NCBI RefSeq assembly: GCF_008831285.2
Contig: NC_045138.2
Span: 1,984,001-2,048,000 of the forward strand
Reading direction: 5' to 3'
From: Nymphaea colorata
Lineage: Eukaryota
DNA length: 64,000 bases
The notes under the pieces are model-generated. The model was not told the DNA's origin and did not search any database. It worked only from the letters and a program-made list of their open reading frames with translations. The stretch's first letter is position 1. Each line of letters opens with the position of its first letter. A program made the position numbers and the translations under genes. Below are positions 1 to 14,107 of this stretch, one piece after another.

Positions 1-704
1 AAACTTGAAAGTGAAACAGATATCAGAAAGAGTCTATATCTGAGAAATTGCAAAGAACAACTTGACCAGGCATATTAATTCAGGAACCTTCTGATTGGCA
101 AGCCATTCAGAAACTCGACCCGTGTTGTATACAAAGTCTTAAATCAGCTGCATCTTCACACTTCATAAAATAGGGCACCATCTTTTGTTCATTTATACAA
201 GGACCTGTACTCTTTTATCCTTTTCAAATAGTATTTTATATTACATTCATAGTCTTAGAGCAAAAAAAATGCACACATAGGAGGAAAAGAAGACTAATTC
301 TTCGTGATGAAACTTCTATGGCAGTTATGTTGGATTGTTGGTACTGTTTGTAGGAAAAAGTGCCATGGTTGAAAAACTTGGGATATTTCTCCAGGAAATG
401 ATGCATCTCAACATGTCAAACTAACAAAAAAAGAATGTTCCAGCAATGGGAAGAGAACAACTTAATTGTAATGAAAAAAATAGAAAAACTATGACACTAG
501 AGAACATCTCTCGTCCTGACTTTTTGGTAACAGAATCAAAGGTATGAAACTCAGTTGATGGTAGTTATGTTGTTGATTATTCTGCTGTAATTGATAAGCT
601 ACAGAGAAGCTCTGGTACCATTTTGTATCTTCAATAGTTCATTTACATATGCACTTCAAAGCAATAAGACATACATGGGGAAATAGGAAAAGCAAACAAC
701 TCAC

Positions 705-2516
705 TTTCTTGACTATAAGCTCACATTGTGTCCCTTTCCCTGATGCTGGAGCACCAGCTATCATAACCTTCAAAGGCTCATTCTTCTTTGAAGCAACAAT
801 CTAGAAGAGATGTCAAATAATGAGGAATGTTAGTGCCAGATGATACACACAAGCCAACATAAATGAAACAAGAAACAGGTGGGGACTGGAGAGGAAAATG
901 GTTATTTACTTAACGCCATAGCATAGGTAGACTTTTTGATCTAACTATCGATTTGCTTGAGGAATAAGCTGAAAACCTCAAAAAAATCATCATAAAGTGA
1001 AAAACTATAAAATTTAAGAGAAAAAGGAAAAGTACTGGATAAGATCTAGGAAACAAAAACAAGTAACAAATCACCTTAAATTTATACATATCTACACTCC
1101 CAACTTAACAATGAAGGATGAAGCAATAAAATATGACACTTAAACCATGTGACAAGTGACAACTGAAGCCTCATAGATACGACTGAGTACTGACAAAAGT
1201 AACATAACAAATAGAAGCAAAGCCTTCATTACCTCTTTGCACGGTTAAAAACCATAAGTCAACTCCCATTTTTCCAGAAAGTCCTTTCATTAATTTTGTT
1301 TCTAAACCAACACCCGGAAGTTTATGTGCTTGTAGGATTTCCAAGAATTTTATTCTCTCATAGCCACTGCTCGTTCCCCAATTCCCAAAAGTAACGAAAA
1401 AAAGAGAAAAGCATGAGGACATTCTGAAGAATCTAATTGCAGATAGTTAGGCTACCTTCATTAGTATCATTACTTCAAAAAATGTTGGAACTTTTACTTA
1501 TTCCACAGCACCTGCTGTTCCTTTTTTCTTCAACCAAAGAAATGGTGACGTTTTTAACTACCGCTTCAGAGTATGCTGACAATGAAAATCTCATGCCTCT
1601 GCAGGGAACCGGCAATGTGCATGTCCTGAACTGGAAAAGTTTCTTGTGAAGTGCCATCAAGGGTTGCATCACTACAGAATGAACTAGCTAATGTACAGTA
1701 TTATCTTGATCTCAACATTTCCCGCTAATGTACATTAAACTAATTGTCTAATGTAGCTTACTCTTAGATCCATTGCGTTTTCTCTTAGCCATGATGTGGA
1801 AGGAAAAGAGATACGACAGGACGAACCGCATAATCTATTATGCATCAGGTGCCTATTAATTTGTAGATACTTAAGGACATGAAGAAGAGATACAAAATGA
1901 GTTCATAGAAGAATCATCTCTATCATGGATCACAATGGTAAATAAACATGGAACCAGATTGACAGCACAGCACAACCACAGATAACACACACACACACTC
2001 TCTCTCTTTCATGCACAAACAAAAAAAATCTGCAATCAGCACCCAGTAGGCAACTAATGCAACAATATTGGCGTCAAGTTTCGGCCAGTTCACTGACTTT
2101 CTCCAAACACCACCTTTAAAAAACAGTTTGATTAAACAGAGAAAAGCGCGCAAAGTTCACACAGACACTCAATTTCAACAGGAAATTGGAAAAGGGGAGA
2201 CGATCAAAATCGCAGGGAAACCCCCATCTGTGAAGGCATATCACTACAAAAGAAGGAAAAAAGAAAAAACCACATTCACAGAAACAAAAACTAAGTAAGC
2301 AATTTCGCGTCTTACCGGCACTGGTGCCGCCCGGCAGACTCCGACGCTCTGCGAATTTAGAGAGACGCGAGAGAAATTCTCACTGAGGTTGAAGGAAATC
2401 CTGGACGAGTCGGAATTCTGACTGTGAAGCGCGAGGCTTTTGCCAGAGGGAGAAGAGCGAGAGGGAAATTGGGTCGAGGGCTTCGAGCTCAGAGAAAAAT
2501 TGCTCACGTTCGCCAT
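705..2516 (-). CDS. AMK5: Plastid adenylate kinase (AMK5/AK5-like), coding exons 1-2; gene continues beyond the left edge
   Basis: Exon 1 is 2516-2316: Ser-rich transit-peptide-like MANVSNFSLSS...AAPVP, followed by a GTAAG donor; an alternative in-frame ATG lies at 2564. Exon 2 is 800-705 (AG...GTGAG, 96 nt, phase 0) = IVASKKNEPLKVMIAGAPASGKGTQCELIVKK, containing the adenylate kinase P-loop GAPASGKGTQC. No further exon was found in 1-704. AMK5 versus AMK2 is judged from remembered motif context only. Confidence 0.85.
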
Positions 2517-4959
2517 TGCCGTGGCCCCTGAACCACACAGGGAGAGAGAGGGAGATGATGGCATGGAAGGGCATAGACGTTGCGTATAAGGGGACGACGG
2601 GCATCGCACCGTTCTCCCATGCACGTCCTCGTTGGACCGTCCATCTTCCCGATGGACGGCTGTCAGTTCCAGAAAACTTAATGGTGGTGGGCCCCATTAT
2701 GCCGACTCATTCCAACTTCCGACCTTTCGTTTTTTTGCCTCCAAAATGATCCCTCGTTTATGAAAAATATTGCCAAATGAAGCCCATCTTATAAAATTTT
2801 AGAAAATAATCACTATTTTGCTAACACTTGCAAAATAACGCCCATAAAAAATAATATGGATATTATTGATGCCCAATAAAACAGCCAATAATAATTAAAG
2901 GAAACAGCCAGTTTCAACTTACTTTCTAAATTTTCCTTCTTTTTTTTTTTCCTCCCACTCTTCCACATACTTATTTTCCATTTTCTCCATTTCTGGAGTT
3001 ATTCTTTCCACCTTATTGGTGGGTCTTATGAAGAAAATACTTTAAAATTCCAATTCTATGAATCATAGAGACAAAAGCAAAACTTAAAAACTATGCTCAG
3101 GATAAATCCAGCCTTTTTCCTTTACACAAACACACATACCGAATAAAAACTTTTATATTTTTTAAATTTATATATAATTTTTTTTTAAAGAAGATTAAGG
3201 TGACACCAAAGCCCAAGCCAACGAGGCTCTTCGGCTGGTACACGTCACCACGACAACGGCTTTCAATTAACGGTCAAAGCAAAACCATTGGATGTTTGAT
3301 TGGCTGGTCTTGGAGATCAAATTCAAACACGAGGAGAAGTTTGGCGACGTTGAATATGAAGGGCTTCTTCTCCTCCACCACACAAAGTGCCTCCCTCTTC
3401 CAATCCTAACGTGTTCTCTGTTCCTCTACATGCAATTCGTCTGTTTTCTCTCTACCAGACAAACATGTCCATTATACAACGTTATTGTCAATTAAGGGTT
3501 CTACATAGTCTCGAGTTCAATTATATATATATATATATATATAAATATATATGTGTGTGTGCACGAGTGCGCGCTATACAAAGTCAGCCCACTCATTCAC
3601 TATATAGAAATTTTGGTTGAAGGAGCACTAATTAAACAACTTTAATGTTTTTGGAGGCTTAAACAATCAAATATATCAAATCGTTAACATAAAAAATATC
3701 AAATCATTAACATAAAAAATAAACAAACTTTGTGAAGCTGCGCAATGGATGGTTAAAAAAAAACAAGAAAAAAATGTAAAAACTAATATTTGATTATGAA
3801 AATGCATGTCACTTTTTTTTTTTCTTTAATTTTCTCCCAACTGTCCATAATGATATCCATGAAAATGAGCTGATGATTTGGACATTGCCTTTCCATTTTT
3901 TTATATGTATATGTATAATTTTCTCTGAGTTGGATTTAACCCAATCCATTGAAATCAAATAAGGCGGATGTGATTGTCAAGCTATGGGTCACCCAGTAAG
4001 GACCACATGTAAATGTTACATGAATCTGCTTCAATCTTTAGATATATAACAAATTCTTAGATAAAGATATAAAACAAAATATGAATCCGAAGTCAAAAGG
4101 AACCCATTTGTAACCCATTTCAAATTTAATGCACAGTTTTAGTATTCATATTCAAATATGAATCCGAAGTCCAACTCTTCTCCAACTCTTTTGTACATAA
4201 AGTTGGATCTTACCCATGCTAGATCCAACAGTTTAAGAAGACTATAATCGAAAACTATTCATTAAGTGGATCTAACTCAAGTCCAACACATCCAATCGTC
4301 CTGAATCATCATCTTCAAAGAAAGCGACGGAGCCAAATCCCCTATGAACCACAACGACGTCTCTCTCTCTCTCTCTAATAATAGAAACATGACTATGAGC
4401 ATCACATCTGCCGGCCTCTGTTGATCATTTCTGTCATACAACTTTTCCTTTCCAATCTCCATTATTTTGGGCACCTTTAACCTGCAATAATGGAGTCCCC
4501 CACGGTCCTCCATCATTTGCTTTCCCCCTAATCCTCCTTGGCTTTTGCTTCTCTCAACAGCAAGCCTAACGAAGGATCATTTCCTTCGTGCCTTAGATTC
4601 TCTCTTTATATATATATATATATATATATATAACTTTGGCTTTTGAGGCTCTGCCATATAATCAGAACCATTTGATTCATTATGATGAACAATTAAAATA
4701 AAAACAACAAAAAAATGTGATGGACATTTTTTTTAATATAATATTAATTCACACATTTTTTTCTTAACTATCCATCTCAAGCACGACCCTTATTAGATGG
4801 TTGCATGTCTTCAATAACTATAATCATTGTGCACTCATTATATATATATATACTCACATTCTCACATGCATCAAAAGGGCCTCATAAGCCGTGTCTACCC
4901 ATGTCAAGCATTTATTTCCTTTTTTTTGAAATTTTTCTATATTAAAAATCAATTTTAAA

Positions 4960-5260
4960 AATGAACAATAAGAAAATATATATGAATAGTGGTGATACTA
5001 GCTTATACATAACAGCCTGAATCGACATTGTCCGATTTTTAGAAGATTGCTTCTTATAGTAGGAATATAAAGGGGAAGCACACGAAACCGCTCCTTGGGT
5101 ATGTCGACAGTAATTTTTTTTATAACTAAAACTAATTTTTTAAAAACGAATAATAATAAAAATATGTATGAATAATGATGATATTGGCTGAAACATTACA
5201 CCCGATATGAACGACATTGTCCGATTTTTACAAGAATACAAAGATGAAGCAAACAAGCCA
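4960..5260. repeat. Degenerate tandem duplication, ~180-bp period
   Basis: Two related units, each containing ...tatgaata.tg.tgata...cgacattgtccgattttt. Confidence 0.6.
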
Positions 5261-5878
5261 CTCGTTATATAGGGATGTTAACCGATCAGGTTCTATATAA
5301 ATTGATAGAAATGAATTGAACATATCTGATTTCTTAGTCAGTCATTAATATGTTTTATTTGATTTTCAAAACTGTTCAATGGAATGTCCAATCCAAATCG
5401 GATATATTGACATCTCTGTGCACTGACGCCAACTTTTTGCCGATCATTGGTTCGGGGTTAATTCAGCAGTCCAACAATTCTGGCTGTTCTGTCATGTCCT
5501 ATCAAATTGATGTTTGATCAATTTTGATCCCTTTATTTTTCAAATCTAGCTTACAATAAGCCAAAATCATAAAGTGCCAACAAAAACTTTATGAAACTCG
5601 ATGTAACAATTAAATTTTATTAAAGTGTTATAATTAAATAATATTGAATTCACCAACACTTGACACAATTGTAAAACCCAATCTTTTAAGATAGATACCA
5701 ACATTTAACCAACCATGTAAAAGGAGAGGGCGGCTAAACTCTGTTCGAGCTTTCGAAGTGTCAGTTTCATGTTATGCAAAAGGAAGAGTATCGATATGCA
5801 AGTTAGTTGAGTTTGAGCCAAGGTAGAATAACTTCACCTATCGTGTTCTCATTATCACACATCCTCTTGCATTATCAA

Positions 5879-6127
5879 GGGGTGTAGCACATCCGAGCGG
5901 CAAGACAGTTCACATCTAAAGGGTTGAGGTTCAAATCCCGTGGCTACTGTCACAATTTCAATGTATTATTTATCTAGATTGTAAATAGTGGCAAGTGCAA
6001 CACTTGAATTGAAATGTATACTATAAGTCCACCTAAACGGTAAAACAAACTGGAACATTAGAGGTATAGGAGTGTGACCCTACCGGTTTTACACAGAAGG
6101 CGGTTCCCCTTCATAAACATTTAAAAA
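5879..6127 (+). mobile_element. Putative tRNA-derived SINE
   Basis: Exact Pol III B-box GGTTCAAATCC at 5928-5938, a degenerate A-box (TAGCACATCCGAGCGG) upstream and an A-rich end near 6125. No TSD identified. Confidence 0.4.
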
Positions 6128-7074
6128 TCTGATTAATGACATGATAAGTCTACGAGCAGGTGAATTTTTCACCAGTTCAATACACCTTGAGACATTTTGT
6201 ACCTCTAACAAACGCCTCCTTGTGAATAACTAATCCTCATAGCGAGGTGAGTGAAAGGACTCTATCCTAGCATCTACTCAAACCTTTTATAAATTTGAGT
6301 CTCTTTAAGAACTTGTACCTCAAATATTTGGAGCTGCCTTGCGTGTCACGCCATAAGAGGGACAGGCGTCAAAGCCTGCCTTCGGGTGACATGATGCTAG
6401 GGGGCAGGCTTTAACGCCTGTCTCTATATCATTTCAATTTTATTGGATGTCTTTCAGAAAACTTTCATGCTCTTATATTCAAATATATGACCTTTCAGAG
6501 GAAAATTTCCATTAAAATGAAAAAATAACCTGTTTGAGTTTGCACTATACTTTGCATATATTTTACGTATATATTGGGTTTTCTTCCATGTTCGTGCATG
6601 ACTTGTAGGATAGGGGCAATGCTAGAATTTTTCTATATATATGTATATATAGTGGTGAAGACACATATAGGCAAATGTAGACAGTTGCCTACGCCAACTT
6701 TTCAATTTTCTTTCATTTTTACATTAAAATCATTTAATATTTACTTTGTTATACATGTAAGTTCTCTTCAAGTATGAAATCCTGTAAATCAATGTCTTTT
6801 TAGAAAAGTTTTTTGTTTTCACCAATATATATATATATATATATATCAGAAATAGCTTGCATGTGAAGTTGATAGAGATACTGAGTCCAAATGGAGAGAG
6901 ATAGAGATAGAGCTGAAGAGAAGAGAGAGGCCTGGATCCTATTGAGGCCTAACTTGTTCTTGAAGAGGGTGCAATAATTGAATATTGTTTTCTTCTTGTC
7001 AAATGCGAGTGGGAGCAGTAACACCACTTGGTTTATCCCCCAAAAGAAAACTAGGTTTTTTCTTTTTGGTAGTT

Positions 7075-7076
<2 letters not shown>

Positions 7077-7159
<83 letters not shown>
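7077..7159. repeat. (TA)n microsatellite
   Basis: Uninterrupted TA run. Confidence 0.95.
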
Positions 7160-7162
<3 letters not shown>

Positions 7163-8427
7163 TTTTGGATGGAGAAATCTTCTGACCTTTCATGCATCGA
7201 ACTATAAGTCTATAACACCATGTCCAAGTTTGGATGGAGAAATCCTCCAATCTCTTCCAGAACACTATTCCAATAGAATACATTGTTTCTAATCATGCTA
7301 GCCCGGATGCAATGCATTGGGTGGCTGTAATTGAACATAATTAAGAACAGCTAAAGGATAAGGGAGAGACAGAAAGAGAGCCCTCCAACTTTCGGGTGAT
7401 GCATGATTGGTAGAAGTTTAAGACTATATTCAACATATCGAATCATCGATAGATACTAAAGGGCATTTTCTACGCAGCCTTGGTATAGTGCCTTTGAGTG
7501 CATTGGTTGAATGACGTACAAGAAGATTCAAATATAGTTATCCTGTCAGAATTAATCATCCTTTTAAGTCATGTTCGTTGAAAATAAAGCGACGATGTTT
7601 TCTCCCATAGAATTATGCATGTTTGGTGCATTATCATCCATTCATAATATGCTTTAAAGATTCTGCTTTGTTAAATAACTAAGTAAATGACATTCATAAA
7701 AAAAAAATTGGTCTTTTTACTTCTAACATATACATTTGCTTCATTTCTCAAATTTAACTACAAGGATGGCATCAGCAGGACCTTTAAAAAAGTTATAATT
7801 TTCTTAAGCAAAAAAAAAAATATTATTATTATTCATCAAGAAAGCCCGTAATGCCTGATCGGTGATGCGGTTGGTTGTGGTTTATATATATATATATATG
7901 TGTGTGTATATATATATATATTTCGGCTGACAAGACTTTTGTATGGAAGGATAGTGTGACATATGCCAACCCCAAAAGCCAAAAAGGCACAATTGTTGCC
8001 CTGCCTTTGGATGATTTGGGCCCATAAGTAAGTTGCACTAGTGACATGGACTCGGCCTGATCTCACCTTGGCATAAGCTCATACACATTCAAACATTTTA
8101 TAGTCGTGTTTGATTGTCTGGATAACTTTTACATGATCAAAATGCTACCCTCACCCCACTTGGCAGAAGGCAAAGAAGGTTTTAAGGGATGTTTGGATGA
8201 GACTACAAAATGTTGTTTTAGAGAAAACTTGATTTAGTGTACTGCGACGAAAAAGGTATATCTGAAGAGCAAAAGTATCTACAAAACTTGACTTGTTTAT
8301 GAGCTCAAATGCTTACATTTAAGATCGAGCTCGACTCAATTAACAAAAGAGCAAGCTCGAGTTGCTCAATTTATTGTTTGACCCTATCTCTAGGCGATTT
8401 AAGTGGTTCAGACTTGGATAATTGAAG

Positions 8428-8832
8428 TAGGGCTGCACAAGTTGTTAAAAGTCGACTCCAACTCGAATTGTTTATAAATGCATCAACCTTGAGTTCAAGT
8501 TTATGCTCGAAATACTAAACGAGTTGAGTTCGATAATAAGAACTTGACTCATTTAAGTTCGACTCGACTCTACCATACAATGAATGCTGAAATATAATGA
8601 GAGAATAATAAAACTTGTAGTACTAAGCAAGGTAACAAGTTAAAAGAAGCGAGACAGACTCGACATAAACGACTTAAATGAGTGGAACTCGAGTTCAATG
8701 TTGTATTGTGGAGTTGAGCTTGAGCCTTTTTTATGGAGTCTCAGCTCAATCTCGAGTTTTCTGAATGGGCTCGAGCTCGCTCAGCTCGAGCTTGGCTCAG
8801 CTCGAGCTTTGCTCAGCTCGTGCGCAACCCTA
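8428..8832. mobile_element. Non-autonomous hAT-like MITE rich in (C)TCGAG(C) motifs
   Basis: Termini TAGGGCTGCACAAG ... CTCGTGCGCAACCCTA form an imperfect TIR, and the interior is dense in CTCGA/GAGCTC motifs. No 8-bp TSD. Confidence 0.6.
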
Positions 8833-9243
8833 CTCAAAACTATATTATTAACCAGGAACCTTGCTCTTACATAAAATTCATCGTATACGACAAAGAAATT
8901 GTATTGGGAATAAAGATGGATGATTGGCTGCAGAGAATCAAATTTTTGAGGGAGCTTCGATTGAATTTGCAGAGATTGAGCTGCTGTGAGCCATCCATGG
9001 TGCAGATTTTGGATTTTAAGCAGCCTTTTTGAATGTCGGCGCGTGGTGATTTATAATTCATTTCGAGAAGCACTGCGCGTGGCCTTTTGTCCCCGAACCA
9101 GAACCTTGTTGTTGATGATCAGCAAAAAGAAACAGAAAAAGGCAAAAGAAAGAAAGAAAATGAAACGGAGAAAAAGAAGGGACGAAGATTCAGTCAGTCT
9201 TGAAGATTACACCCGCCGCCCTTGCTCAAGAGCCGTGCCGCAA

Positions 9244-9296
<53 letters not shown>

Positions 9297-10643
9297 TCTT
9301 TTTCTTATTTTTCTATTCAAATTTTCTTTTCATAACTATCCTTCCCAGTTTAAGACCGAAAGATTCTAGGGAGAATAAAATCTTAAAAAATAAGAGAGAG
9401 AGAGAGCTGGGCATCCATGAATTTCCAGATTTCACGGACTACAAAGCTTTTTTTCCTAAATCTAATTGTATGGTTGGGTACTTCGTTACATAGTCATAGA
9501 AAACGGTTGAAAAAAATGCAAAAAAATATGATAAATCAAATAGTTGCTTAAAATTTTGTTTTTTAAAACATGTTAAAAACGAAAAAAAACACGTTTTTAA
9601 CGTGCTTTTTCTTGTTTTTTCACCTTTTTCATTTTTTTAAATTTTTTAATGTCAAACAGTTTTTTTTGTTTGTTGCAAATCTATTTATCTTTTGATGTTT
9701 GTGTTATTAGTTTTTTTATTATTTTATTTTTCCTTCATTTTTGGTCGAAAAAAACCTCACTGTTTAGAGATGTTATTTGTAACTATACTTCATGATGCCC
9801 ATAAATGCACCACCAAAAAACGATGTCATTTGAATGTATAAATATAGATTTTGTAACCCGCATTGCCTAAGAATATTGTTCTTTTGAATCCTTATAAAAT
9901 CAATTTATACATCGAATTTTACTAACTATTGCATCTTATGTATTGGACATCCATCCTCCTAGCCATTGAACAATTGGGTTTCTTAAAGTCACACCATTCC
10001 AAACAGATTAAACTAACGTAGTACCTTTCACACAATACTTTATGTTTATGTATGTGATCTTACAATTATCAGTTCATCAAAAAGCATATGTTAAGTCCTT
10101 TATTTCTCACTTGTTGTCCAACAATATAAATGTTGGTTGCTTTTACGACACCAAAATATTGGTATCAAAACCTCAACTTTCTTTTTTATAAAATAAACTT
10201 AAACTTAAAATAAACTTTTTTTATATAATATATATATAATTTATATTATATATATATATATATATATGTATATGATTGGTGCTAAAAAGGTTGTGAGAGA
10301 TTGGATGAAGGCAACATTGGCTTTTATTAGGTGTCACATGATTGTTGGCATGAGCTTAGGGGCCTACCACATTCTTTATGGATCATTCCCCAGACCCTTT
10401 TCCTTTTTAGGATGTGGGCCTCAAAGCTATTCATGTCCTTTTGTGCTTGGAATGATTGCTTCCACTAATGGACCTATCAGCTCCCAAGAGCCATTTGCAA
10501 GTTGCTGGACTCCAAGAACAAAAGGTGCTTGAGGAAGAGGCATTTATGCCCCAAGAATAATGGGATTACCTCCAATAATGGAGCATTAATATCATTGCCT
10601 ATTGCCTTTGGCTCTTGAATCTTGATCTTGAAAGAGGTGCAAC

Positions 10644-11150
10644 TAGGGATGAACACGAGCTGAGTTGAATCGAGTTTAGTAAGCTCGGGCTTGGCTCGAC
10701 GAATGGAACTTTGAGCTCGACTCTACTCGAGCGCAAGAATAGCTCGATAGAAGCAGCTTGAACTCGACTCGACAGTGATGTGTTGAGCTCTACCTCGAAG
10801 TGTACTCGATTAAGGCTCGACAAACTCGTTTTAAGTTTTAATAGAATTGGTATTCATTGTTACGTGTTGAACTCGAGGTATACTCGATTAATGCTCGACA
10901 AACTCGTTTGAATAGAATTGATATTCATTGTTACGTGTTGAGTTCGAGCTCGATTAAGGCTCGAGAAACTCGTAAACTCGTTTGAATATATCGACTTGAT
11001 TAAGGCTCGACAAACTCGATTAAGGCTTGAGCTTGACTCTGCATTTACGTGTTGAGCTCGAACTCAACTCGATTATTTAAACGAGTCGACTCATGAACTC
11101 GAGCTCGACTCATTAAGCAAATGACTCGACTTGAACACGTTCACAAGCTG
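10644..11150. mobile_element. hAT-like MITE of the same CTCGAG-rich type
   Basis: Starts TAGGGATGAACACGAGC and carries many CTCGA/TCGAG and TTAAGGCTCGA subrepeats; the right end is degenerate. Related remnants lie at ~18660-19035 and ~26320-26588. Confidence 0.55.
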
Positions 11151-13757
11151 AGCTTCAAGCCCAAGTGGTTCTGCCCCCATGATCAGGAGCATAATCTTTT
11201 GTCTAACCTGATCTCGTCATTTGTGGTTCGCAGATGTTTGGATCTCGGCTCCAATAAATGCTGGTTTAGCCGAAATGGGAAATCGGTTGAATCTGGATTG
11301 AGGGTCTTGTCATTTTCTACAATTGAACTTTAACATATTAGATGCCTTGGACATGACCTGTTAGCTTTTTTTTCTATCTAATAACAGTGTCTTGTCAACA
11401 AAAGTTCGAGCCTTCCTTTTTATGGGTCAGTCTTCCTAGGTACAAATATTGTTTGGGGGTTTTAAATGGTGATGTTTTTGTCAGTATAATACAATAAGAT
11501 TCTTTTTCTTAGGAAAATCTTGGTAAATTTAAAAAAAAATCTTAAAAATAAAATGCAAAAATATAATAATAGAAAATGCAAAAGAAACACTAAAAATATA
11601 AAAAAAACATGTTTTTGTGCTTTTTTTTTGGAGTTCTTTCTCTTCATTTTGTCATATTTTTCATAGAAACCGATCTTTTTATATGGCTGACTTATTTTTG
11701 AACTATAAAATGAATTTCTTTCAAAAAAAAAAAACATATTTGTTGTGACTATGTTTCCAAATTGAAAGATGTTTGAAATTAGCCACTTGGTAGATTCTGC
11801 CATAGTTAACCTTAGCTTGGCCCCTAAAAAAATATGAAAGTCTCAAAAGAAAAGGTGCACAATGCACATTTGGGCAATTGCTCACACAAACACCCGCAAG
11901 TTGCTTATTCAATATTAACATCTTATAAACTTTGATTCACTGACATATTGTGCCCCCTCAAAGAACACATATTTGTTCTTATCAACTATATTTTGATCAC
12001 TAACAAACTTGCCCCTGCAGATAAGAACCTATTGTATATAAATCTGTCCATCTCTTTCTGTACTTCCAAGATTTTCTTTGTTCTTGATTTGTATATTATA
12101 GGAGAGCATCACATGTTTACCTTCCTCCATGATCAAGTCTAGGGTTTTTCTCATGTTCACATTGATACGTTAACTTTTTTGACGGTTGAATTGAATTCCA
12201 AGGGCAGTGGAGTAACATGGGGACACGTTTTTTAAGCCTTTTCATCCCTTAGGTGGCGATATAGGGGGAGTGAAAGGGACTGATCGGTGTTATGTGGAAC
12301 AATATTGTAGTGGCAGAGACTGAGGCATTATTCTTCATGGTTTATATTATTCATAAACATAGTGGTGGCACTTTCAATGGTAGAATTCAAAGGATCTCTC
12401 AATTCCATTAAATGCCCTTCACAAACAAAGGAATATATGACATACTGGAGATGGTGCATAATATCCTGTTAACATAGTTACACGCACAGAGAGAGAGAGA
12501 GAGGCGCCAAGATATGACCTGTTGCCCAACTTTAATAGGCTTTCTTGGAATCTTGCTTATAAGATATGCAATAAAATGGTGATTTTAGAAATAGATTACA
12601 TTTATGTGATTTTAGAAATAGATTACAATTCATGTTCCTGTAGCGACTGTCTGGTAATATCAAACATAAAGTTACTACAGTCACAACAACTCAGTTGTCA
12701 ATTATGCTTTTGAAGTATTGACTTGACATGATAGCTTTATGAATAAAGTAAATATAATGTCACTGGTAGTGTCACCTTTGAAGAGCTACCAACTTCATGG
12801 CCTCCAAGCCACAAACCATTCTACCACCATGGAAATAATGATTGGAGCAGAAAACTGTAAGTTTGTTGTCGTTATGCAGGGGAACTAGTAAATTTGAACC
12901 TCTCTCTCTCTCTCTCCACGGAAATTTTCTTGTTTTCCTTTCACTGATGACGGCTTAAATGATCCTTTACACCTTGGTTTGCACTTGCAGAAGCACAAGT
13001 GCTTTTGATCTTTATGTGCAGTGAAAATTTTCAACTTTTAATTTTTATACATCTTTATTGGGGCCGGTTCTTTGCATTTATCATTATCATCTCCAAGAAC
13101 AGCTTAACATTCACGTGATGTTGTTGGTGAAATAATATCAGTTCACCTATCTACACTATATTTTAATCTTGGTTTGGGGCAAATTGCAGGAAGTAGGCGA
13201 TTCATTAACTTGATTTTTACTTTCAGATCTGAGCATGTAACTAACAACGGAAAGTTACTACACCAAATCATTCAAAGTTGGTGATTTTAGAATTTCTTTT
13301 ACGGAGCACTTCTAGAAGATACCAGATGCACTTCCACAGTTGGTTTTCACGATTTGAAAAAATAATTCTGAGAAGAATCATCAGTATCACAACTTTAGAA
13401 ATGCGGCTGCTTTCACGGGAAACATGTATGCAGCACTAACACCAACAAAGTAAGATTATAAGAAGCACATAAACAGGAGTCCACTGCAAGTCTCTCTGTA
13501 CTATCTTGGGTATCTGTAATTTCTTTTCGGAATGCCCATTTAAGCCATAAACAGTAGCACCAACAAATATTTAGTGTAATACAACTTTGTTTAATAAAGA
13601 ACAAAATCAATAAGTATGCAGATGAAGAGAGCTCATCTTTTAAGTTCTATCACTTCACTAAAGATCCGAGAGCATGAACGTAGCTTAGTAGAGTGTAATC
13701 ACAGAACAAAGTGACACTTAAACGGCATCTACCTTTCTAATCTCATGGTGCGGCGAG

Positions 13758-13845
13758 TGCTAAAGAGAAAGTAACTTCTCTGTCTCTTTCCCGTCTCTGC
13801 TAAATGCTAAAGAGAAAGTTACTCCTCTATCTCTTTTCTGTTTGA
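13758..13845 (+). promoter_or_regulatory. Short direct duplication upstream of Aux/IAA containing the AuxRE TGTCTC
   Basis: TGCTAAAGAGAAAGT.ACT.CTCT.TCTCTTT occurs twice. TGTCTC is at 13781-13786 and the TGTCCC variant at 13985-13990. Hexamers can occur by chance. Confidence 0.35.
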
Positions 13846-14107
13846 TTTAGTAATACTTTATGCATAAGCATAGGAAGGAAAAAGTGGCAGCAAGGCGTGT
13901 TTGCGCTCCCTGTGCCAACTAGAAAAGGAGAAAAGGAATTCCTTTATGCACCAACTTCTGCTAGTGGCTACAGTTCATACTAACTGTCCCCACCCTTTTT
14001 AGTTCTCATCGTTCCTCACAAATTTTTCTCACTGGAAACTCCTCTTTAAAGCTCTGCAAAGATCTCGAGAAACTCTTGCTAACAAGCAAGTATCGACAGC
14101 CTGCACC

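Noticed and set aside
1171..1672. Short ORFs within adenylate kinase intron 1
   Set aside because: Exons 1 and 2 join in phase without them, and they show no recognisable motif; an alternative exon cannot be supported without RNA data.
6978..7283. ORFs with IYIYIY runs (also 36914-37128)
   Set aside because: Translations of (TA)n microsatellites.
9030..9250. miR171-like GAGCCGTGCC with a possible upstream star arm
   Set aside because: Only a 10-nt match, with poor pairing between the putative arms.
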